From contig OY776510.1 of the NCBI GenBank assembly GCA_963675665.1, positions 5,078,019-5,142,018 on the forward strand: 64,000 nucleotides of DNA, given 5' to 3'. The notes beneath the pieces were generated by a model. The model did not search any database. It was not told the origin of the DNA and saw nothing but the letters and a program-made list of their open reading frames with translations. Made by a program: the position numbers and the translations under genes. Position 1 is the first letter of the stretch. Each line of letters starts with the position of its first letter. Positions 28,268 to 37,660 of this stretch are shown here, one piece after another. Source of the stretch: Spirochaetia bacterium. Lineage in GTDB: Bacteria > Spirochaetota > Spirochaetia > UBA9216.

Positions 28268-30841
28268 TTAAGGGGCCTCCGTATCGGCGGTTAGCGGGTA
28301 GCTTTCGCTCTGCAGGTTAATCTCCGACAGGGCCGTTTGAAAATCGGCATTGCTCTGATAGATGCTGAAATCACTCGTGGTAGAAGCACCAGTAACCGGC
28401 TCGGTCCAGACAAATTTTGCATAGCTGTTTTCCTGACTCGGATCAGGATGATCATACAGGTACAAAACCGCTGTATTTAAGTCGCCGTCGATATAGGCCA
28501 TTGAGGCGTGTCCTTCATATTCAGGAGTACTGAGGTTTGGTCGTCCCCAATGGAGTAGGGCCTGCGAGCCGTCGCTGTAAAATTCATATTCCTGGGTTCC
28601 ATAGCCGTCATCAGGAAGATACCAGGTGCCGCCAAGTTCGATCAGGCTGGAATAATCCGGATGTATTGAAAAATTATAGACGCCGGTGCTGCTGTTTATC
28701 GAGACGGTAGACGCGCCGTAATATCCGGAATAATCTCCGGACAGGGGCTGCCCGAAGGTACCCGATGTATTCACGGCGCCGTAGAGGTAGTAGCTTCCTG
28801 ACGGAACATTAGTAATCAGAAAACACATTGAGTTGCTGGTACTGCAATAGCCGCCGCCTGTTGCGACCTGGCCGTTGCCTCCGTCCTGATCAGTATCCAG
28901 GGCCGCCCAGTATGCAGCACCGCTCCAGTCAACACCTTCTGGCAGCGACATGGTCCCCCTGACAATATAACCGCTGGAGTTCTTCTCTCCACTCAGGACG
29001 AATGTTTCATCAATCGAGGAATCCGAGCCGTAGTCATAAGTCCCCAACCCTTCAACCGTTCCGTCTGAATCAACAACCCCGCAAATATCCGCCGTCACTA
29101 CCTGCGGAGCAGTAAAATCATGATTAAGAGAAAAGTCTCCGGTAGAGGAGTTTAATGTACCGGTTGCAGTGTATTCTCCTGTAACAGTAAGAAAGGTCAC
29201 TGTTGCGGTACTGCCGTTTACTTCCAGGGTCCATACTCCGGCATTTGAGTCTTCCGGATTGCCTGTGGTGGATGACAATATCTCAGTACTCCCCCCGTAA
29301 AGGCCGTTGTAATCAAGCGAAGCAACAACTTCAACCGTTCTTGTTACCCAAACCGCGCTGTTTCCGTCGGTATCGGTTTCCGAATACGTAAATACATATG
29401 TGTCAGGCGTATCAATGTCGAATTCATCATCATCTGAAGCCGTGATTGTATAGTCGTCATTTATTCCCCAGTCACGGACGGTTGCCTCCGGATCGGTGAA
29501 ATCTCCGCCGACCTCCACGCTCATTGAAGCATCGCCGTTCAGATAAATGACGGGGGGCACAAGATCAGCCGAAATATAGGCAGTTGCAGTACGCTCATCA
29601 GCCGCGGCGGTACGGGCGGCATTAACTGTAAAATAACCTGCAGTCCAGCTCTGCTCAAAAACCCCGTCGACGGGCTCAGTCCATTCAACTTTGAAGTACT
29701 CTTCACCGCTCAGAGCTATCCCGTAATTGGCATCATTGTCATATTCAACCATTGTTCCGCTGTCTACTGTAGAACCGGAATTGGTAACCACTGAATATGA
29801 ATCATCACCCGGATTTGACTGGTAAAGATAACCGGTGCTGTTATCCCAGAAATAATATGCTTCTGGAATTTCAATCGGGGGCGGATCAATTACCGTTACC
29901 GTTCTTGTTATCGACTCGGCCGCATTCCCGTCCAGATCAGTTGCGTTATAAGTCAGCGTATAATCGTCAGGCGTTGAAGTATCAACTTCATCTTCACTGT
30001 AAACCGTCCAGGTCCCGTCGACATTATCCGTGGCTGTTGCGCCCGGGTCGGTAAAGTCGCTTCCGTATGACACCGTCATCGGATCATCGCCGAGCAGGCT
30101 TAAAACCGGGGCCACGGCATCGGCTGCAGCGCGTCTTTCAACATCAATTGTGTATGTTTTTAAAGTTTCGCCGTCTTCCGCAGTTACTTTCACTGAAACA
30201 ATATTGCTGCCGGTTACAAGCGCTACCGGACCTGATTCTGCGCCTGAAACAGCAGCAGCGCCGTTTACAGTCATTGAAGCCGCCGAATCGCTGAGCACAG
30301 CTGTTACGGTTATTGATTCCGTATCATCCGGAACGCTTGATTCGTACGAGATAACCGATGAGGCAAATTGAGGATCAAGATAGCCGACGCTTAATTCAAG
30401 AGCGGTTAAATCCGCATTATCCGAATATACCGGTTCCGGTCTTGTTATTTTCAATGTATACGAAACAGCATCGCCATCATCCGGAGTGACAACAACCGCA
30501 ACTGTTGTTGTTCCGTAGGATAAATCAATGCTAATACTGCTGCCGCTTGTCAGCGCCTGCCCGCCTACCGAAAGGCTTGCTCCGCTTAATTCGGCCGCGA
30601 GTTCGATGAAAATGGAAGAAAGGGCTGAATTCACGGTTACTTCAACAGTCGCGGTTTCGGCTGAAAACGAGACCTGTTTCACATAGGGTTCTCCGCCGGC
30701 ATTTCCGCTTAAAGAAAGCGATACGGAGACTGATCCCGCAACCGGAGGGAGCGTTTCAGGACAGCCTGAAAAGAACATAACACTCATCGTAACCATCAAT
30801 AATAGAACAATGTACTTGATTGACTTTCTTATTCCAAACAT
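28268..30841 (-). CDS. surface lipoprotein with cadherin-like beta-sandwich and two DUF5011/Ig-like repeats
   Basis: Lipobox FFSGC after the signal peptide. Cadherin-like block (ADLTALELSVGYLDPQFASSVISY...ITVTAV). Two repeats of the form LxGDxxMxVxxGxxFTDPxATxxD...DTYxxTYxxTDxxGN...TRTVxVx. Confidence 0.6.
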   Translation of the reverse strand: MFGIRKSIKYIVLLLMVTMSVMFFSGCPETLPPVAGSVSVSLSLSGNAGGEPYVKQVSFSAETATVEVTVNSALSSIFIELAAELSGASLSVGGQALTSGSSISIDLSYGTTTVAVVVTPDDGDAVSYTLKITRPEPVYSDNADLTALELSVGYLDPQFASSVISYESSVPDDTESITVTAVLSDSAASMTVNGAAAVSGAESGPVALVTGSNIVSVKVTAEDGETLKTYTIDVERRAAADAVAPVLSLLGDDPMTVSYGSDFTDPGATATDNVDGTWTVYSEDEVDTSTPDDYTLTYNATDLDGNAAESITRTVTVIDPPPIEIPEAYYFWDNSTGYLYQSNPGDDSYSVVTNSGSTVDSGTMVEYDNDANYGIALSGEEYFKVEWTEPVDGVFEQSWTAGYFTVNAARTAAADERTATAYISADLVPPVIYLNGDASMSVEVGGDFTDPEATVRDWGINDDYTITASDDDEFDIDTPDTYVFTYSETDTDGNSAVWVTRTVEVVASLDYNGLYGGSTEILSSTTGNPEDSNAGVWTLEVNGSTATVTFLTVTGEYTATGTLNSSTGDFSLNHDFTAPQVVTADICGVVDSDGTVEGLGTYDYGSDSSIDETFVLSGEKNSSGYIVRGTMSLPEGVDWSGAAYWAALDTDQDGGNGQVATGGGYCSTSNSMCFLITNVPSGSYYLYGAVNTSGTFGQPLSGDYSGYYGASTVSINSSTGVYNFSIHPDYSSLIELGGTWYLPDDGYGTQEYEFYSDGSQALLHWGRPNLSTPEYEGHASMAYIDGDLNTAVLYLYDHPDPSQENSYAKFVWTEPVTGASTTSDFSIYQSNADFQTALSEINLQSESYPLTADTEAP

Positions 30842-30941
30842 ACTCTTTTCCTTGATATATTTTTCAAATGGGACTTATTTCTGTTTGAAGTATATCATTT
30901 ACAGGATGATTAACCCGGATTATTGGAGCACGTGCGCCAAA

Positions 30942-31886
30942 TCATGAACGGTAGCGAACATCGTCAAACAGCCGGAGCCGCCATCCGCGCGTCTTTATAT
31001 CTCTGGGGTTTTCGGAAACAGGCACAATTGTGCCAATCTGGATCAGTTCAAGATACTTTTTTATATCATTTACCCGGTTTTTATAGTTGCGGTAATTAGC
31101 GCATGAGGTAGCCTTCCAGTTCCCGGCAGTACACTCCCTGCAGTGCGGATCTTCCGTCCCGTCCGCTTTCAGCCGGCTGAAAAGCTCACTGCAGTTCTGA
31201 GAATTGTTTTCCGCTGAAAGAAACGCATGTATAAAATCACATTCCTGGGGACTGAGCATTGACGATATGTTCCTGTCGTCGAAATAAAGACTGTCGTCGA
31301 AATAAAGACTGTCGCCTGAATAGTGAAGCCTGTGGTTGGCCCTCTCCCAGAGGTTCGCTGCCGCAAAAATCATAAGCAGACCGATTACCCCGTTGACCAG
31401 GTTATAGGCTGTAGACTCAATCCACCGGGGCTCGGCTCTTGTTACTATCGCATACGACATCATCATAAGCCAGGAAACCCACAGGATAACTATTACAATT
31501 GTGCCGATAGTAAGAGTCCTGTATACCGGAGTTCTTTTTTTAACCAGCCTGAGAGAATCTATTTTTATAATTAAGAGAATGTAATAAAGCAATACTGCCT
31601 GTGTTCCATATGTATGAAAATCACGATGGTATAATCTTCCTCCTGCACTTGCTGTTATTATAAGTACTGCAAGACTGAAAAAGAACACGGGAATGAAGAC
31701 TCTTGCTTTTTTAAAACGTGAAGTAAAAAAAGGAAGAAAAAAAGCAGCAATTGCCGATATCAGCATGTAGAGGAATTCCGGAACACCCGCGGCAGCAACA
31801 CTTATAGTGCCTGACGGATTTAAAAACACCATGAGTTCAATCACAATCCATGCCACTGCCGAGATAATCGGTACAGAAATCGCCAT
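30942..31886 (-). CDS. hypothetical membrane protein with cytoplasmic Cys-rich (zinc-ribbon-like) C-terminal tail
   Basis: About 6 N-terminal TM helices. PHCRECTAGNWKATSC cluster. Contains an in-frame 18-bp tandem duplication. Confidence 0.5.
   Translation of the reverse strand: MAISVPIISAVAWIVIELMVFLNPSGTISVAAAGVPEFLYMLISAIAAFFLPFFTSRFKKARVFIPVFFFSLAVLIITASAGGRLYHRDFHTYGTQAVLLYYILLIIKIDSLRLVKKRTPVYRTLTIGTIVIVILWVSWLMMMSYAIVTRAEPRWIESTAYNLVNGVIGLLMIFAAANLWERANHRLHYSGDSLYFDDSLYFDDRNISSMLSPQECDFIHAFLSAENNSQNCSELFSRLKADGTEDPHCRECTAGNWKATSCANYRNYKNRVNDIKKYLELIQIGTIVPVSENPRDIKTRGWRLRLFDDVRYRS
31275..31310 (-). repeat. perfect 18-bp tandem duplication (2 copies) inside the coding sequence
   Basis: GTCGTCGAAATAAAGACT x2 (plus strand) encodes the duplicated peptide DSLYFD-DSLYFD. 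Confidence 0.8.
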
Positions 31887-31989
31887 ATTGTTCTACATAA
31901 TAAGGCATAATCCGGAACATGACCAATATTTTTTTGATTCCGATTTATTAATCATCCGTAAGAATGTAGAATATACAAAAGGAGAAGCT

Positions 31990-32862
31990 ATGCAGGAATT
32001 GTCAGCCGAGACGCTAAACGAAGTAATTGCAGATCAGAAAAACGAACTTGACGCATCAATAATTTACGGCAAGATCGCGAAAAAAATGAAAGATGATAAC
32101 AACCGGAAAATTCTTTCAAAAATTGCCGAGGATGAAAAAAAGCATTACCTGATTCTAAAAAACTATTCGGGAAGAGATGTTAAGCCGCGCCGCTTCAAAA
32201 TACTGATGTTCCTGTTCTTCGCAAGGGTGTTCGGTATAACATTCGCATTCAAACTTCTTGAAAACGCCGAAGGAGAGGCCCATACCGGCTACCGGAAAAT
32301 TTCATCGGCACTCCCTGAACTGAAAAAAATTATTGATGATGAGGAACGGCATGAGCGGGAACTTATCGATATGCTTAATGAAAAAAAACTCGATTACATA
32401 GGCTCAATTGTCCTGGGCCTAAACGACGCGCTTGTCGAATTGACCGGAGCGCTTGCGGGGTACACCTTTGCCATTCAGGACAGCAGAAACATTGCATTGC
32501 TGGGTCTTATCACAGGGATATCAGCTTCTCTTTCAATGGGAGCAAGCGAATATCTGTCCAAAAAACAGGAAAAAGAAGACAAGGCGTTCAGTTCAAGCCT
32601 GTATACCGGCATAGCATACATTATAACTGTTATGCTCCTGGTTCTCCCGTTTCTGCTGTTGTCGAATCCCTTTATAAACCTCGGAATAACAGTCGGAATA
32701 GCTGTCCTGATCATCTTCTTCTTCAATTACTACATTTCGGTTGCAAAAGACCTTTCATTCAGACACAGATTCCTGGAGATGGCCGCAATCAGCGTGGGTG
32801 TTGCAATTATCTCATTCCTTATAGGATGGGCCGTAAGAACGTTTTTGGGATTTGAGCTTTAG
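31990..32862 (+). CDS. MbfA-like membrane-bound ferritin: N-terminal ferritin-like (erythrin) domain fused to a VIT1/CCC1 iron/manganese transporter domain
   Basis: The N-terminal half has ExxH-type diiron ligand pairs (EDEKKHY, DDEERHERE). The C-terminal half has VIT1 GLNDALVELTGALAG and 3-4 TM helices. Start set at ATG 31990 after AAAGGAGAAG. Confidence 0.7.
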   Translation: MQELSAETLNEVIADQKNELDASIIYGKIAKKMKDDNNRKILSKIAEDEKKHYLILKNYSGRDVKPRRFKILMFLFFARVFGITFAFKLLENAEGEAHTGYRKISSALPELKKIIDDEERHERELIDMLNEKKLDYIGSIVLGLNDALVELTGALAGYTFAIQDSRNIALLGLITGISASLSMGASEYLSKKQEKEDKAFSSSLYTGIAYIITVMLLVLPFLLLSNPFINLGITVGIAVLIIFFFNYYISVAKDLSFRHRFLEMAAISVGVAIISFLIGWAVRTFLGFEL

Positions 32863-32882
32863 CTGGATTAGGATATAACGGC

Positions 32883-32950
32883 CGTCTGTTGTTATCAGCA
32901 AAAGCGGTGAGTTACCTTCGCGGCTCCTGCTCAGCGATGATGATTTCGAC
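32883..32950 (-). pseudogene. relic fragment of a trpE-like (anthranilate synthase component I N-terminus) gene
   Basis: About 85% nucleotide identity to 27696-27797 within trpE, with an internal deletion of about 40 nt. Minus-strand reading SKSSSLSRSREGNSPLLLITTDGR matches TrpE LESSSLSKGRERYSLLLL...LITTDGRR. Confidence 0.55.
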
Positions 32951-32964
32951 AAAAAGTAACGCTG

Positions 32965-34467
32965 TTAAATTGAAGTTTCTTCTTTATTCTTTCTTTTTTC
33001 CCTGTACATTTCAAAATCTGCGGTCTGTATCATCTTCTCAATATCTTTATCAGCGCTGCAGGATACACAGAACCCTGCCGACAGACTGAGGTTGTGAGTG
33101 GTTTTAATATTAATTTTTGCAATATTCTCCCGGAGTCGTTTTACCAGTTTTGCTGCAAGTTCATGTTCGCATTCAGTTATCAGAACAACAAACTCATCGC
33201 CGCCTATCCGAAAAATGTAGTCGGTTTCCCTGAAAGTATTTTTCAGAGTCTCTGCAGCCTGCTGTATGAGCACATCACCTTCAGCATGGCCCAGGGTATC
33301 ATTCACAGTCTTCAACCCGTCGATATCTACAGAAAAAACGCCGCCCGGACGAAAATCCGTTTCACCCATGATAATCTTGTTAAAATATGCCCTGTTATAA
33401 ACACCGGTAAGCGCGTCATGATAACTGGTATATTCATATTGATTTCTGGAAATAACCAATTCTTCATAACGCTGAGCATTTGAAATAGCCAGCGATGCAA
33501 TTTTTATGATTGAATTAAAAAGATCAGTGTATTTATCAACATGTTTCGGGAAAAGAAAATCTCCAACCTCAATAATTCCGAATTTCTCGTCTCCGGATTT
33601 GAGCAATGCATAAAAGGTTTTATTTTCAGAGTCCATTATATACACTTGCTCTTCTTTAAATTCCAGAGTTTTTATTTTCCGGGGCGCATCAGCCCAATCT
33701 TCGCTGTAATTCCAGAAACAGCTTTTTGAGGCACCGAAGAGGATCGTCCAGATATGATCAAGCATTGATATAACATCCCGTTTGTATTCAGCGCCGGCTA
33801 TTCTGGACATGATATGCAAAACAGCTGAGTTTCTTGCATTCATATCCATCAACGCACGCATGTCATCCTGCTTTTCAGTCTTCAGATTTCGGACCCTCCA
33901 ATCGGTGACAATGCTTTTAAGAAGTGTTCTTATCGGCTCAAGACTAACCGGAATTGATCTGACCGGAAGGTCCAGATAAGCCGAAAGAGCTTTCAGCTTC
34001 TTGTCGGCCTCATCATAGATCCCGGTGTCGAGAAAAACAATTTTACTGCAGCAGCTTTTGTAAAATTCCCGGGCTGTCCCGATAGTAAATCCCTGCCTCT
34101 TTATATGTTCTTCCCAGTTGACAAGCCAGCCTGTTGTTACGACATAATATCCTTCCGCGGAAAAAAAACGGGCAAACTGGTCGCTGATCATGTGGGAATA
34201 GCAAAAAGCCGATTCGTAAACCGATAAAAACTTTTTATCATACTCATCTTTTCTGGGGGCCCTGCAGAGGTGACTGCATACAAGTACGGCAGCTTCATCG
34301 GGATTCGGTTTTTCCGCAATGCCGTTCTGAGAATTAAAAACAGGAATACCGCCGTCGCAAAAACTGTGAAAAGGAACAATATCCAGGTTTTCAGGCCCCT
34401 CATTTTCTACGAGATACCGGAATTCGGGGAGATAGTTCTCACATACATATACTGATAATCGGTTCAT
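32965..34467 (-). CDS. diguanylate cyclase (GGDEF) with N-terminal Cys-rich DUF1638-like domain
   Basis: C-terminal intact GGDEF (RIGGDEFVVL). The N-terminal 200 aa share conserved blocks with the N-terminus of the 949-aa protein at 47942-50791: a Cys early in the first strand, a VLVCSHLC / IVIGYGLCGRG block, TTGW / TEGW, and VFLDTG / VYIDTG. Confidence 0.8.
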   Translation of the reverse strand: MNRLSVYVCENYLPEFRYLVENEGPENLDIVPFHSFCDGGIPVFNSQNGIAEKPNPDEAAVLVCSHLCRAPRKDEYDKKFLSVYESAFCYSHMISDQFARFFSAEGYYVVTTGWLVNWEEHIKRQGFTIGTAREFYKSCCSKIVFLDTGIYDEADKKLKALSAYLDLPVRSIPVSLEPIRTLLKSIVTDWRVRNLKTEKQDDMRALMDMNARNSAVLHIMSRIAGAEYKRDVISMLDHIWTILFGASKSCFWNYSEDWADAPRKIKTLEFKEEQVYIMDSENKTFYALLKSGDEKFGIIEVGDFLFPKHVDKYTDLFNSIIKIASLAISNAQRYEELVISRNQYEYTSYHDALTGVYNRAYFNKIIMGETDFRPGGVFSVDIDGLKTVNDTLGHAEGDVLIQQAAETLKNTFRETDYIFRIGGDEFVVLITECEHELAAKLVKRLRENIAKINIKTTHNLSLSAGFCVSCSADKDIEKMIQTADFEMYREKRKNKEETSI

Positions 34468-35507
34468 TTCCTTTTTCCGTAGCCACCAGGCGGGTAGCGT
34501 CCGTATTCCTCTGCAGCCATGGATACAGCAAGAAGAGTTTTTTCCGGTACCTGCAAAGGTATTTCTCCATGAGAGTCCGACAGGATGAAACCGCCTCCCG
34601 GAGCTGCAGTTTTAACCAAAGCCCTGACTTTTTCAACGGCTGTTTCTTTATCCCATTCAGCCATTTCTATTCCGTTTAGGTTTCCCAATAACGTTATTCT
34701 TCCGGTCGAGACGTCTTTTATATGCTTCAACTCTTCGCCTGTCCCTATCCCGACAATCGGGCTGCCGAGGTTAATTATATCTTCCATTACCTGCAAAACC
34801 CTTCCGGAAGCAAGATGCACAGCAACCGGACCTTCTATTCCGGTAATTGTCCGACTGTCTACAGGGTAACCTGCAGACAGATACAATGACCTGTCGATCA
34901 TATCCGGAGACATCAGCGGATTAAAATAGCCGATGGCTGTTGCACCTGCCTTGAATTGTGCATTTGCGTAATTTATACAAAACTGTCGGTTAACCTGCAT
35001 CAAACGGTCAAACCTCGGCCTGTCAAAATATAATAGTTTCAGATATTTCTCAAATCCCATCTGCATTACGGGCAAAGAAAAAGGAGACATTACAATTCCG
35101 ATAACAGGCACTTTTCCGTTTGAATGAATCGCAAGTTCTCTGGTTACCTCAAGCACCTGTCTGAGGACAGGTACATCATCGATATCAGGTACTTCCATTG
35201 AATCAATATCGCTGCTTTTCCCGATGATACCTTCTCCGGCATTCGGAGGGGTTTCCGGTTGAAAGAGTACTTCTCCGCCCCACGCCTGTACTTCAACAGC
35301 AGCATAATGAAATGTATAATAACAGTCGGTCTGATACTTTTTCTGCATATGAATCTGTGTTTTAATAACATTTTCAGCCACTGAAAAGTAATTTTTAACC
35401 GAACAGCCCATTTCCTTGGCACCGTAGTGTGAAAACAGGAAGAAGACTGGTACTCTGTCGGGCTCCTTGTGGCCAAGCGTTTTCAGAACCCTTTCCATCG
35501 ACGTCAT
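34464..35507 (-). CDS. uroporphyrinogen-decarboxylase-family methyltransferase (MtaA/CmuA-like methylcorrinoid methyltransferase)
   Basis: N-terminal KEPDRVPVF block and an overall URO-D (TIM barrel) family length of about 345 aa. Overlaps the upstream corrinoid-protein gene by a few nt. Confidence 0.7.
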   Translation of the reverse strand: MTSMERVLKTLGHKEPDRVPVFFLFSHYGAKEMGCSVKNYFSVAENVIKTQIHMQKKYQTDCYYTFHYAAVEVQAWGGEVLFQPETPPNAGEGIIGKSSDIDSMEVPDIDDVPVLRQVLEVTRELAIHSNGKVPVIGIVMSPFSLPVMQMGFEKYLKLLYFDRPRFDRLMQVNRQFCINYANAQFKAGATAIGYFNPLMSPDMIDRSLYLSAGYPVDSRTITGIEGPVAVHLASGRVLQVMEDIINLGSPIVGIGTGEELKHIKDVSTGRITLLGNLNGIEMAEWDKETAVEKVRALVKTAAPGGGFILSDSHGEIPLQVPEKTLLAVSMAAEEYGRYPPGGYGKRK

Positions 35508-35511
35508 ATCA

Positions 35512-36165
35512 CTATTCACAGCCGCCCCTCCATGAATCCAGGTTTCCTGATAAATTCTCCAGAATCCCGAATATTTCTCCGGCATTCCCGGCACCCCGGC
35601 AGGCGCCTACTTTCTTATACAGATTCCGATCAAGCCGGAACGGCGCTCCGCCGACGACAATCGGTACTTCAGGACATTCCCGGGACATCCGGGAGGACAA
35701 CTCCTGTACAGCCAGGGCAGAAGGAAACATAAGCACTGATACAAGAAGAATCTGTATCTTGTACTCACGGATTTTAGAAATGATCTTTTCCGCATCAACT
35801 CCTGTACCAAGATCAAAAACAGGATACCTGTAATTTCTTACCAGGCTGGAGACAATCTTCATTCCAAGGCTGTGATGATCAAGATAGACTGCAGCCCCGA
35901 TAACGGGAAGAGACTCATCAGTCCTGTCTGATTCAGATAAAAGCGTCTTCAAAATCTCCTCACATATAACACCGCTCATATACACCTGAGCAAGAGATAC
36001 TTCACCGGATTCCCAGTTTGCCCCGACCTTTTCAAGCGCATACATCAGAGTCTCTCCCATACCGGTAATACCCTTCTCTTCTACCGCCTCTCTTAAAATT
36101 TTATCTACGCCGGTTCGGTCAACCGAAACAAGCCCTTCATATAAAGCCTGAACTGAATTATCCAA
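35512..36165 (-). CDS. corrinoid (cobalamin-binding) protein, MtaC/MtbC-like
   Basis: DxHxxG B12-binding motif (YLDHHSLGMKIV) in a Rossmann-like C-terminal half with an N-terminal helical cap. TTG start 9 nt after AAAGGAG. Confidence 0.75.
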   Translation of the reverse strand: MDNSVQALYEGLVSVDRTGVDKILREAVEEKGITGMGETLMYALEKVGANWESGEVSLAQVYMSGVICEEILKTLLSESDRTDESLPVIGAAVYLDHHSLGMKIVSSLVRNYRYPVFDLGTGVDAEKIISKIREYKIQILLVSVLMFPSALAVQELSSRMSRECPEVPIVVGGAPFRLDRNLYKKVGACRGAGNAGEIFGILENLSGNLDSWRGGCE

Positions 36166-36378
36166 ATCCGATACTCCTTTGCCAGTTATTTAAAGAAAAG
36201 ATCATCAGAGATCATTTAATGATAATTCATTCAGAATTGTAATGCAAGAAAGATCATAAACCGTTATGAACAGAGAAAAATCATCCGTAAGAATGCAGAG
36301 TACGGGCACCTCTGATAACCCTCGGAATAACGGCCGTCGGCCCTTCACAGAATCTTCATGCTCGGATAAAATACTGCG

Positions 36379-37422
36379 ATGAAACATAGACTTACAGCAC
36401 TGATGCTTTTATCAGTAATAACTATAACCGGCCTTTCTGCACTGGGAACAAAAGAACAAAAGCTTGAATCGCATACGTTTTTCGCGCTTGGAACAACCTG
36501 TACCGTCAGCATTTACGGCGGAACAGAGCAGAACTTTTCCGAAATTGAAACGATTATAACAGGCATCGAGAACCGCATGAGCGTCAACATTGACGACAGC
36601 GAGATCAGCATGATCAATAAAGCCTCGGGCAGCAATGCCGTTACTGTATCTTCCGACGTTTACAGCGTTATAGCAGCCGGTCAGCACTTTTCCGAACTCA
36701 GTAAAGGCAGATTCGATATCAGCATCGGGCCGCTTGTTCAGCTCTGGGATATCGGAGGCGGCGGGAACACAGTTCCTTCCGAAGAAGCAATAAAAGAGGC
36801 TCTTGCGCTGGTTGATTATTCCGGGGTTGAAATTGTTCCGGCAGCCGATAACAACGAGGGCGGAAGCATTTACCTGCCGAGAGCGGGAATGGCTCTTGAA
36901 CCCGGCGGCATAGCAAAAGGGTATGCCGCGGATGCGGCGGCGGCTTATCTTCGGGACAACGGAACAAGTTCAGCCTTAATAAATTTCGGAGGGAATGTCC
37001 TTGCAGTCGGTTCCAAAAGTGACGGCTCAAAATGGCGTATCGGGATTCAAAATCCCGACTCCAGCCGCGGCGATTATATCGGTATTGTTCCGGTAGAAGA
37101 AAAAGCCGTTGTTACATCGGGCAAATATGAACGGTTCTTTATAGGAGCCGACGGGCTGCGTTATCACCATATTTTGAGCACTGAAACCGGCTATCCGGTA
37201 GAAAACGGAATTGCGCAGGTCAGTATTATAGCTACCGAATCAATGACGGCAGACGCCTTGTCGACAGCCGTATTCTCACTCGGCCTTGAAGACGGCATGG
37301 CTCTTGTTGACAGTATTTCCGGTGTTGAAACAGTTATAGTCATGGAAAACGGAAATATTTACATAACAGAAAATCTGAAAGCTGTTTTCCAGCTGACGGA
37401 CAATAATTTTTCAGTACAATAA
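36379..37422 (+). CDS. FAD:protein FMN transferase (ApbE family), secreted/lipoprotein
   Basis: Signal peptide, then ApbE blocks (FDISIGPLVQLWD, GGIAKGYAAD, SGKYERFF). Confidence 0.8.
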   Translation: MKHRLTALMLLSVITITGLSALGTKEQKLESHTFFALGTTCTVSIYGGTEQNFSEIETIITGIENRMSVNIDDSEISMINKASGSNAVTVSSDVYSVIAAGQHFSELSKGRFDISIGPLVQLWDIGGGGNTVPSEEAIKEALALVDYSGVEIVPAADNNEGGSIYLPRAGMALEPGGIAKGYAADAAAAYLRDNGTSSALINFGGNVLAVGSKSDGSKWRIGIQNPDSSRGDYIGIVPVEEKAVVTSGKYERFFIGADGLRYHHILSTETGYPVENGIAQVSIIATESMTADALSTAVFSLGLEDGMALVDSISGVETVIVMENGNIYITENLKAVFQLTDNNFSVQ

Positions 37423-37660
37423 CCGGAAACTTCAACAATACCGACTACGGTTTCAATTCAAAACCTTGATCTCATGGTATTTATCGGGTATATTTGGAAG
37501 AAAGAACAGGAGTGTCCTTGTAAGATGAAGAGATAGAAATAGAGTTTACAGATTATTCGGGTTTACCGACTGTTTTACTCTTTTTCGATCACAGATTCAT
37601 ACAGAGGGCATTTTTTTGTTTGCATAATTTTCATGCTTATTATTCCGTATTAATTACAAT

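Noticed and set aside
31807-31989. Track start of the VIT1 ORF at 31807
   Set aside because: That stretch overlaps the divergent upstream gene and lacks an RBS. ATG at 31990 with AAAGGAGAAG upstream is the credible start.
31887-31989. Fur-box-like AT-rich element upstream of the MbfA-like gene
   Set aside because: It matches the 19-bp Fur consensus at only about 8 positions, too weak to call.
36166-36378. Possible riboswitch or leader upstream of the corrinoid-protein gene
   Set aside because: I recognised no riboswitch signature. The region is a divergent promoter shared with apbE.
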